A stretch of 64,000 bases of DNA from the human T2T-CHM13v2.0 reference genome, Homo sapiens. The first letter of the stretch is position 1. Every line of letters starts with the position of its first letter. Where the stretch lies: assembly GCF_009914755.1 (NCBI RefSeq), contig NC_060938.1, one strand, 5' to 3'. This document shows, piece by piece, positions 35,197 to 47,600 of this stretch. Both the position numbers and the translations under genes were made by a program. The notes beneath the pieces were generated by a model. That model saw only the letters and a program-made list of their open reading frames with translations. It was not told the DNA's origin and did not search any database.

Positions 35197-35344
35197 AAAT
35201 AATTATATATGATTATATAATTATGTATAATATAAATAATTATATATGATTATATAATTATGTTTAATATAAATAATTATATATGATTATATAATTATAT
35301 ATAATATAAATAATTATATATGATTATATAATTGTATATAACAT
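35197..35344 (+). repeat. 4 x 37-bp minisatellite inside the AT-rich tract
   Basis: aaataattatatatgattatataattatgtataatat-like copies start at 35197, 35234, 35271 and 35308. Confidence 0.85.
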
Positions 35345-36947
35345 AAATAATAATATATATAATTACATATTCATATCGTTATATGTATAATAATATATTC
35401 CATATGTAATTATATATATCATATAATAGACAACATACCTAATATACAATATATAAATTATATTATACAATATAGGATACATAATATATATGATATATAA
35501 TATATCAATATAATATATATTTTAACATTATGTATGTAACATATATTATGTGATATATAAAATATCTTATGTAATATAATATAATATACTATAATATATA
35601 TTATATTAAGGTATATTATGTAAAGTATGTAATAAAATTATATATAACATAATATATAGTTATATATATTATATTATATATTTACATATAATATTATACA
35701 GTTACATATAATTTTAAATAGTTATATATAATATAATATAAAACAAATATAATATATATCGTAAAATATATATTGTATATCATATATATTATGTGTCATA
35801 TATTGTATGTTATATATCATATATTGTATATCAGATATCTTATATTATATGTTATATATATCACATTCCACATATTGTATATTATAAGTTATATATAATA
35901 TATGACATACATTATATTATATATAATAAATTATACATTATATGTAACATAGTATATATTAAATGTAACATGTACATTCTATGTAAAATATATATTATGT
36001 AACTTATATTACATATAATTAATTACTTAGACATATAATATATATTTAATATATGTACTGTACATACAACGTATTATATATATAATATATAATATATATT
36101 ATGTATATGGCATAAAATAAAATATATATTATATGTGATATTTTATATATACAATTATATATTATTATATGTTATTTTATATTATATATAATATAGATAT
36201 AATATATATATCTATAATGTATATTATATATAACATAGATATTATATTTAATATATATAATGTATATTTTATATAACATAGATATTATATATAATATATA
36301 TAATGTATATTATATATAACATAGATATATATTATATATATACTGTATATTGTATAATTAATTCGTATATTAACCATATAATATATTTTATATGTGATAT
36401 ATAATATATATTATATATGTCATCAAATATATATTATATGTCATATTGTATTAATATAATACTTATATATTATCAGTTATTATATTACATATAATATATA
36501 TAATATAAGTTGCTGGAAGTGAAACAATATTATATATATGTTATATATATTACATATATGATACTATATATTATTGTATACATATTGTATATATATATTT
36601 GTGGGTGCCCTATTTCCCATCTCATAACTTGTTTTAAGAAGCGTAGCATAATAATGTGTGGGCTTGGGATTCAGTTTTTGAAACAAAACACTGAGCCTTC
36701 AATGACCTTTCGGTCTATGTAAAAGCACTCCTGTCTTCCTGGCAGCCGTTGGACCTCACAATGTGGATTGTGCCCTCACCCTGCAATGTTTATGCCCTAT
36801 CGTCATGGTGACGGGAGTAGGGATCTCCTGTTCTTGGTCTTAAGTGCCAATGTCTGTGCTGTGTTTTTCAAAGGTGAGAACAAATTGAACCTTTGTGGTT
36901 TTATTTTCCCTGAGTTTCATTTTTCTCATGGGGAACGTGTGTTGCTG

Positions 36948-39900
36948 TAGTGATTTTTTATATACAGTATATAATATATAGTTTGTGTACATTCATATTT
37001 TATGTACAGTATATAATATATATTTTGGGTACTTTGATATTTTATGTACTGTATATAATATATAGTTTGGGTACTTTGATATTTTATGTACAGTATATAA
37101 AATATAGTTTGGGTACTTTGTTTTATTATGTGCAGTATATAAAATATAGTCGGTGTACTTTGATATTTTATGTACAGTTTATAATATTCAGTTTCTGTAC
37201 TTTGATATTTTATTTACAGTATTTAATATATAATTTGGGAACTTTGATATTTTTTGTATTGTATATAATATATATTTTGTGTACTTTGATATTTTATGTA
37301 CAGTATATAATATATAGTCTGGGTACTTTGGTATTTTATGTACAGTGTATAATATATACTTTGCATACTTTGATATTTTATGTACAGTATATAATATATA
37401 GTTTGGGTACATTGATATTTTATATACCGTATGTAATATAAATTTTAGGTACTCTAATATTTTATGTACATTATATAATATATAGTTTCTGTACTTTTAT
37501 ATTAATGTACGGTATGTAAAATAATTATTGTACCTTCATATTTTATGTACAGTATATAAAACATAGTTTTTGTACTTTGGTATTTTATGTACAGTGTATA
37601 ATATAGAGTTTGTGTAGTTTGATATTTTACATACAGTGTATAATATATATTTTGAGTACTTTGATAATTTATGTACAGTATATAATATGTAGTTTGTGTA
37701 CTTTGATATTTTATGTACAGTATATAATATAAATTTTGGGTACTTTGATAATTTATGTACAGTATATAATATATAATTTGATTAGTGTGATATTTTATGT
37801 AGAGGATATCATATATATTTTGGGTACTTTGATGTTTTATGTGATGTATATAATATATATTTTGGGTACTTTGATATCCTAAGTACAGTTTACAATATAT
37901 ATTTTGGGTAATTTGATATATTCTGTACAGTATATAATATATATTTTGGCTCCTTTCATATTTTATATACAGTTTATAATATATATTTTGTGTCCTTTGA
38001 TATTTTATGTGCAGTATATAATATATATTTTGTGTACTTTAAAATTTTATGTACAGTATATAATATTTAGTTTTGTACTTTGATATTTTATGTACAGTTT
38101 AGAATATATATTTGGTGTACTTTGATATTTTACGTAGAGTGTAGAATATATAGTTGGGGTAGTTTGATATTTTATGTACAGTATATAATATATATATTGG
38201 GTCCTTTGATATTTATGTACAGTATATAATATATGGGGTATTTTCATATTTTATGTACAGTATTCATTATTAACATTGTGTACTTTGATTTTTTATGTAC
38301 AGTATATAATATATATTGTGTGTAATTTGATATTTTATGTACAGTATATAATATATAGTGTCGGTACTTTGATATTTTATATACAGTATATAATATATAG
38401 TTTGGGTACATTGATGTTCTATGTCCAGTATTTATTACGTAGTGTGGGGACTTTGATACTTTATGTACAGTATATAATATATCGTTTTCTACTTTCATAT
38501 TTTATCTAGACTGTATAATATATAGTTTCTTTTTATCGATATTTTATGTACAGTATATAATATATATTTGGTGTAGTTAGATATTTTATGTACAGTATAA
38601 TATATAAAGTTTGGGTAATTTGATATTTTATGTACAGTATATAATATAAAGTTTCGGTACTTTGATATTTTATGTGCAGTATGTAATATATAGTTTGAGT
38701 AATTTGATACTTTATATACAGTATATAATATATACTTTGTGTACTTTGATATATTATGTACAGTGTATAATATATACTTTTTATGCTTTGATATATTTTG
38801 TACAGTATACAGTATATACTTTGTGTTCATTGATGTTTTATCTAGAGTACATAATATATACTTCGGGTAATTTGATATTTTATGTACATTATATAATATA
38901 TACTTTGCATACTTTGATATTTTATGTAAATTATTGAATATAAATTTGGTGTACTTTGATATTTTATGCACAGTACCAAATATATATTTGGTGAACTTTG
39001 ATATTTTGTTTACAGTATAGAATATAGTGTTGGGGTAGTTTGATATTTTATGTACAGTGTATAATATATATTTTGGGTCCTTTGATGTTTTATATACACT
39101 ACATAATATATATATGGGGTAATTTGATATTTTACTTACAGTATATTGTTTATATGTTGTGTATTTTGATGTTTTATGTACAGTATATAATATATATTTT
39201 GGGTAGTTTGATATTTTATGTACAGTATATAATATATTGTGTGGGTGCTTTATTATTTTATATACAGTATATAATATATAGTTTGGGTACATTCATATTT
39301 TATGTACAGTATATAATATATATTGTGGGTACTTTGATATGTTATGTACAGTATATAATACATAGTTTGTGTGCTTTTATATTTTATGTACAATATATAA
39401 AATATAGTTAGTGTACTTTGATATATTATGTAGAGTATATAACATATACTCTGTGTACTTTGATATTTTATGTACAGTGTATAATACACAGTTTTTGTAG
39501 TTTGATATTTTATGTACAGTATTTAATATATATTTTGGTTACTTTGAAATTTTATGTACAGTATATAATATATATTTTGGGGACTTTGATATTTTATGTA
39601 TAATATATAGTATATATTTTGTGTAATTTGATATTTTATGTGCCGTATATAATATATAGTTCGGGTACATTGATATCTTATGTACAGTGTATAATATATA
39701 CTTTGCATATTTGATATTTTATGTACAGTATATAAAATATAGTTTGGGTACATTGATATTTTATGGACAGTATGTAATATATATTTTGGGTATTTTGATA
39801 TTTTATGTACAGTATATAATATATATTTGCTGTACTTTGGTATGTTATGTATAGTATATAATATATATTTGTTGTACTTTGATATTTTATGTACTGTATA

Positions 39901-41689
39901 TAATATCTATTTTGGGTACTTTGATATTTTACATACAGTATATAATATATAATTTGAGTAGTGTGATATTTTATGTACAGGATATCATATATATTTTGGT
40001 TACTTTGATGTTTTTTATAAAGTATATAATATATATTTTAGGTACTTTGATATCTTATATACAGTATATAATACATATTTTTGGTAATTTGATATTTTAC
40101 GTACAGTATATAATATATATTTTGGGTCCTTTGATATTTTATGTACAGTTCATAATATATATTTTGGGTACTTTGATATTTCATGTACGGTATACAATAT
40201 ATAATGTTGGTACTTTGATATTTTATTTACAGTATATAATATATAGTTTGGGTACCTTGATATTTTATGTAAAGTATATAATATACAGTTTGTGTACTTT
40301 GATATTTTATGTACAGTATATAATATATATTTGGTGTACTTCTATATTTTATCTACAGTATATAATATAAAGTTTGGGTACTTTGATACTTTATGTACGG
40401 AATATAATATAAAATTTGGGTCCTTTCATATTTTATGTACAGTCTGTAATATATAGTTTGGGTAATTTGATAGTTTATATACAGTATAAAATATATATTT
40501 TGTGTACTTTGATATATTATATACAGTATATAATATATATATTGTGTGCTTTGATTTTTTTGTACAGTATATAATATAAACTTTTTGTACATTGATATTT
40601 TTTGTAGAGTACATAATATACACTTCGGATACTTTGATATTGTATGTACATTATATAATATATACTTTGCGTACTTTCATATTTCATGTACAGTATAGAA
40701 TATATATTTGGTGTACTTCGATAATTTTTGTACAGTATAGATTATAAATTTGATGTACTTTGATATTTTATGTAGAGTATGGAATATATATTTGGTGTAC
40801 TTTGATATTTTATGAACAGTATATAATATAAGGGTTGGGTACTTTGATATATTATGTACAGTATATAATATATCATATTGGTAATTTGATATTTTATGTA
40901 CAGGATAGAATATATATTTAGTATACTTTGATATTTTATGGACAGTACAGAATATATATTTCAAGTACTTTGAAAATTGATATACAGTATAGAATATATA
41001 TTTGGTGTACTTTGGTATTTTATCTAAACTATAGAATATATATTTAATGTACTTTGTTAATTGATGTACAGTATAGAATATATATTTGATGTACTTTAAT
41101 ATTTTATGTTGAGTACGGAATATATATTTGGTGCACTTTGATATTTTATGTACAGTTTATAATATATCGTTTGTGTAATTTGATACTTTATGTACAGTAT
41201 ATAATATATAGTTTGTGTAATTTGATATTTTATGTACAGTATATAATATATAGTTGGGTACTTTCATATTTTATGTACAGTATAAAATATATAATTTGGT
41301 TACTTTGATATTTTATGTATAGTATATAATATATATTTTGTGTACTTTGATATTTTATGTACAGTATAGAATATATATTTTTTCTATTTGATATTTTATG
41401 TACAGTATAGAATATATATTTTGGGTACTTTGATATTTTATGTACAGTATATAATATATAATTTGGGTTCCTTGATATTTTATGTACAGTTTATAATATA
41501 TATTTTTTGTACTTTGATATTTTATGTACAATATACAATACATAATTTGGGTACTTTGTTATTTTATAATTAGTATATAATATATACTTTTAGTACTTTG
41601 ATATTTTATGCACTGTATATAATATATAGCTTGGGTACTTTGAAATTTTATGAACAGTATATAATATATGTTAGGGTACTTTGATATTT
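36948..41689 (+). repeat. HSat1A (classical satellite I / SAR) 42-bp array, ~113 diverged monomers
   Basis: Consensus GTACTTTGATATTTTATGTACAGTATATAATATATA(G/T)TTTGG (42 bp). Two GTAC sites per monomer give the alternating 17- and 25-bp RsaI units that define satellite I. Confidence 0.93.
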
Positions 41690-44600
41690 CATTCCTTTCC
41701 ATTCCATTCCACTCAGGTTGTTTCCAATCCATTCCATTCCATTCCATCCTACTGCATTCCATTTCATTGCATTCCGTTCTGCTCGGGTTGAATCCTTTCC
41801 ATTTCACCTCATTCCATTACTTTCCTTTCCATTCCTTTCCATTCCATTCCATCCCATCCCATTCTATTCCATTTCATTCCATTCCGTCCCATTCCATTCC
41901 ACTCCATTTCATTCCATTCCGTCCCATTCCATTTCATTTCACTCATGTTGATTCCATTCTATTCCATTCCATTGCATTCCATTCCACTGGGGTTCATTCC
42001 ATTCTATTACGTTGCATTCCATTCCGTTCCATTGGGTAGTTACCATTCCATTCAATTCCCTTCGTTTCAGTTCCATTCCACTCGAATTGATTCCATTCCG
42101 TTCCATTCCATTCCATTCCATTCCATTCCATTCCATTCCATTCCATTCCATTCCTTTCCATTCCATTGCATTCGACTCAGTTTGATTCCAATCCATTCCA
42201 TTCCATTCCAGTTGATTTTATTCCATTCCTTTGCATTCCATTCCCTTCCATTCCATTCCATTGCATTCGAATCGGGTTGATTACAATCCATTCCATTTCA
42301 TTCCAGTTCAATCCATTCCATTGCACTCCACTTGGGTCGTTTCCATTCCGTTGAATTCCATTCCATTCCATTCCATTCCATTCCATTGCATTCCATTCCC
42401 CTTAGGTTGCTTCCATTCCATTCCATTAATTTCCATTCCATTCCATTCCATTCCATTCCATTCCATTCCATTCCATTCCTTCCATTCCTTTCCACTCAGG
42501 TTGATTCAGTTCCTTTCCATTCCATTCCATTGCATTCCATTCCAGTTGATTCCATTGCATTTCATTCCATTCCATTCCATTCCATTCCATTCCATTCCAT
42601 TCCATTCCATTCCACTCGGGTTGATTCCATTCCATTCCATTCCTTTCCATGCCATTCCATTCCATTCCATTCCATTCCTCTCGGGTTGATTCCATTCCAT
42701 TCCATTCCATTCCATTTTATTCCATTCCATTCCATAAAATTCCATACCATTCCACTAAGTTTGATTCCATACCATTGCATTCCATTCCATTCCATACCAG
42801 TCCACTCGGGTTCATTCCATACCATTCCATTCCATTCCATTCCATTTCATTCCATTCGGGGTGATTCCATTCCATTCCATTCCATTCGATTCAATTCCAT
42901 TCCATTCCACTCCAATCCGTTACATTCTATTCCACTCAGATTGATTCCATTCCATTCCATTCAAATCCATTTCATTCCATTCCATTCCATTCAGATTCAT
43001 TCCATTCCATTCCATTCCATTCCATTCCATTCCTTTCCCTTCCATTACATTCCATTGCATTCCATTCCATTCCATTCCATTCCATTCCATTGCATTCCAT
43101 TCCATTCCATTACACTCGGGTTGATTCCACACCATTCCATTCCATTCTATCCTTTCCATTCCATTCCATTCCAGTCTGGTTGATTCCATTCCATTCCATT
43201 CCATTCCATTCCGTTTCATTCCTTTAGATTCCATTCCACTCGGGTTGCTTCCGCTTCTTTTCAGTCCATTCCATTCCACCTAGTTTGACTCCATTCCATT
43301 CCATTCCTTTCCATCCCTTCACTTTCGGGTTGATTCCATTCCATTCCATTCCATTCCATTCCATTCCATTCCATTCCATTCCTTTCCATTCCATTCTGTT
43401 CTATTCCATTCGGGTATATTCCATTCCATGCCATTCCATTCCAGTTGATTCCATTGCATTCCATTCCATTCCTTTCCATTACATTCTTTCCATTCCATTC
43501 CGTTCTATTCCATTCGGGTATATTCCATTCCATTGCATTCCATTCCAGTTGATTCCATTGCATTCCATTCCATTCCATTCCATTCCATTCGGGTTGATTC
43601 CATTCCATTCCATTCCATTCCATTCCATTGCATTCCACTCCATTCCATTACATTCCATTGCACTCTGGTTGATTCCATTCCATTCCATTCCTATCCATTC
43701 CATTCCATTCCATTCCATTCGGGTCGATTCCATTCCCATCCATTCCATTCCATTCCATTCCATTCAATTCCATTGCACTCCACTCCATTCCATTACATTC
43801 CATTCCACTCTGGTTGATTCCATTCCATTCCATTTCAATCGATTCCATTCCATTGCTTTCTAAGCATTCCATTACATTCCATTCCACTCGGGTTGATTCC
43901 ATTCCATTCCATTCCAATCCATTCCATTCCATTTCATTCCATTCCATTGTATTCCATTCCACTCGGGTTGTTTCCATTCCATTCCAGTAATTTCCATTCC
44001 ATTCCATTCAATTCCATTCCATTCCATTCCATTCCATTCCATTCCATTCCATTCCATTCCATTGCATTCCATTCCATTCCATTCCATTTGACTCAGGTTG
44101 ATTCCGTTCCATTACATTCCATTCCATTTCATTCCAGTTGATTCCATTGCATTCCATTCCTTTCCATTCCATTCCATTCCGTTCCATTCCACTCTGGTTG
44201 ATTCCATTCCATTCCATTCCATTCTATTCCATTCCATTCCATTCCATTCCGTTCCACTCAGGTTGATTCCTTTCCATTCGATTCCATTTTATTCCACTCC
44301 ACTCGGGTTGATTCTTTTCCATTCCATTCCATTCCATTGCATTCCATTCGTGTTGATTCCATTGCATTCCATTCCATTCCTCTCCATTCCATTCCATTTC
44401 ATTCCATTCGATTTCATTCCACTGGTGTTTATTCCATTCCCCTCCATTCCATTCCATTCCATTCGGGTTTATTCCATTTGATTCCATTTCATTCCATTCC
44501 ATTCCATTCCATTCCATTCCATTCCATTCCATTCCATTCCTTTCCATTCTATTCCATTCCATTCCATTCCATTTGTGTTGATTCCATTCCATTCCATTCC

Positions 44601-47600
44601 ACTCCATTCCAATCCATTACATTCCACTCCGGTTGAATCCTTTCCATTCCATTCCAATGCATTCCCTTCCATTCAATTCCACACTTATTCAATCAATTCC
44701 ATTCTATTCCATTCCTTCTGTTCCACTCCATTCCATGGCATTCCATACCATTCCATTCCACTCGGGTTGATTCTATTGAATTCCATCCCATTACATTCCA
44801 TTTCATTCTATTGCATTCCATTCCATTCCATTTCACTCGTGTTGATTCCCTTCCATTCCATTCCATTCCATTCCATTCCATTCCACTTGGGTTGATTCCA
44901 TTCCGTTCCTTTCCATTGCATTCCATTCTGTTCCTTTCCATTGCATTCTATTCCATTCCATTCCATTCCATTCCATTCCATTCCATTCCATTCCATTCGT
45001 GTTGAGGCCATTCCAATCCACACCATTCCATTCCATTCCATTGAGTTCCGTTCCATTATTTTCATGTTGATTCCATTCCATTCCATTCCACTCCATTCCA
45101 ATCCATTACATTCCAATCGGGTTGAATCCATTCCTTTCCATTCCAATCCATTCCATTCCTTTCCAATCCATTCCTTTCCATTCAATTCCACATGGATTCA
45201 ATCTATTCTTTCCATTCCATTCCGTTCGGTTCCATTCCAGTCCATTGCATTAGATACCATTCCATTCCACTCGGGATGATTTCATTCAATTCCATTATAT
45301 TCCATTGAATTCCATTGCATTCCATTCCATTCCACTCTGGTGGATTCCATTCCATTCCATTCCATTCCATTCCATTCCATTCCATTCCATTCCATTCCAC
45401 TTTGGTTGATTCCATTCCGTTCCTTTCCATTCCATTCCATTCCATTCCATTCCATTCCATTCCATTCCACTCCATTCCATTCCATTCCACTCCATTCCAT
45501 TCCATTCCATTCCACTCGGGTTGATTCCACTCCATTCCATTCCAATCCATTCCATTCCATTCCATTCCATTCCACTGCATTCCATTCCATTGCATTCCAT
45601 TCCACTCAGGTTGTTTCCATTCCTTTCCATTAGTTTCCATTCCATTCCATTCCTTTCCATTTCATTCCATTCTATTCCTTTCCACTCAGGGTGATTCCAT
45701 TCCATTCCATTCCATTGCATTCCATTCCATTGCATTCCATACCACTCGGGTTGTTTCCATTCCTTTCCATTAGTTTCCATTCCATTCCTTTCCATTCCAT
45801 TCCATTCTATTCCTTTCCACTCTGGGTGATTCCATTCCATTCCATTCCAATGCATTCCATTCCAGTTGATACAATTGCATTGCGTTGTTTCCATTCCATT
45901 CCATTCCATTCCATTCCACTCGGTTTTATTCATTGACATTCCATTCCATTCCATTCCATTCCATTTCTTTCCTCTCGTGTTGATTCCATTCCATTCCATG
46001 CCCCTTTATTCCATTCCATTCCATTCCATTCCATTCCATTCCATTCCATTCCATTCCATACCATTCCACCAAAGTTGATTGCATGCTATTCCATTCCATA
46101 CCATTCCATTCCATTCCATTCCATTCCATTCCATTCCATTCCATTCCTTTCCACTTGGGTTGATTCCATTCCATTCAATTCCCTTCCGTTCCGTTCTGTT
46201 CCATTCCATTCCATTCCATTTCATTCCATTGCATTCCACTAGGGTTGATTCCATTCCATTCCATTCCATTCCATTCCATTCCATTCCATTCCATTCCATA
46301 CACTTCGGGTTGATTCCCTTCCATTCCATTCCATTCTATACAATTCCACTCCATTACGTTCCATTCCATTCGGGTTGATTCTGTTCCATTCCATGCCCTT
46401 TTATTCCATTCCATTCCATTCCATTCCATTCCATTCCAATCCATACTATTCCATCAAAATTGATTGCATGTTATTCCATTCCTTTCCGTTTCATTCCATT
46501 CCATTCCATTCCTTTCCATTCCATTCCTTTCCACTCGGGTTGATTCCATTCTATTCAATTCCGTTCTGTTCCGTTCCGTTCCATTCCATTCCATTCCATT
46601 TCATTCCATTGCATTGCACTCGAGTTGATTCCGTTCCTTTCCATTCCATTCCATTCCATACCCTTCGGGTTGATTCCTTTCCATTTCATTCCATATCATT
46701 CCACTCCATTCCGCTCCATTCCATTCGGGTTGATTCCGTTCCATTCCATGCCCTTTTATTCCATTCCATTCCATTCCATTCCATTCCATTCCATTCCATT
46801 CCATTCCATTCAATTCCATTCCATTCCTTTCCACTCGGGTTGATTCCATTCCATTCAATTCCGTTCCGTTCCGTTCCGTTCCGTTCCTTTCCATTGCATT
46901 CCATTTCATTCCATTGCATTCCACTCGGGTTGATTCCATTCCATTCCATTCCATTCCATTCCATTCCATTCCATTCCATGCCATTCGGGTTGATTCCTTT
47001 CCATTCCATTCCATTCCATACCATTCCACTCCATTCCATTCCATTCCATTCGGGTTGATTGCATTCCATTCCATTCCGTTCCATTCCATCCATACCATTC
47101 CACTAGGTTTGATTCCATACCATTCCATTCCGTTCCGTTCCATTCCGTTGCATACCATTCCACTAGGGTTGATTCCATACCATTCCATTCCATTCCATTC
47201 CATTCCATTCCATTCCACTCGGGTTGATTGCATTCCATTCCATTCCAATGCATTCCATTCCACTGCATTCCATTCCAGTTGATACCATTGAATTGCATTG
47301 TTTCCATTCCATTCCCTTCCATTCCATTCCATTCCATTCCTTTCCATTCCCTTCCATTCCATTCCATTCCATTCCATTCCATTCCATTCCATTCCTTTCC
47401 ATTCCCTTCCATTCCATTCCATTCCATTCCATTCCTTTCCATTCCACTCGGTTTGATTCATTTCCATTCCATTCCATTCCATTCCATTCCATTCCATTCC
47501 ATACCTTTCCACCAAAATTGATTGCATGCTATTCCATTCCATTCCGTTCCATTCCATTCAATTCCTTTCCTTTCCACTTGGGTTGATTCCATTTCATTCA

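Larger units (their letters stand above)
31503..36947 (+). repeat. HSat1B subtype C block (2 units + truncated terminal unit)
   Basis: Carries A-like ggggaac, cctatcg and cctcacaatg together with B-like Alu variants. Private variants actagtttt, acaacacac and ttattatccc occur in the two complete units. Confidence 0.75.

Noticed and set aside
36950-41600. ORFs with a 14-aa periodicity (LGTLIFYVQYIIYS / KYILYTVHKISKY) resembling repeat proteins
   Set aside because: A 42-bp monomer equals 14 codons, so the periodicity follows from the satellite. The ORFs occur on both strands and are broken by frequent stops and frameshifts.
36948-41689. CRISPR-like regular repeat
   Set aside because: Monomers are contiguous with no unique spacers, there are no cas genes, and the context is primate satellite with Alu.
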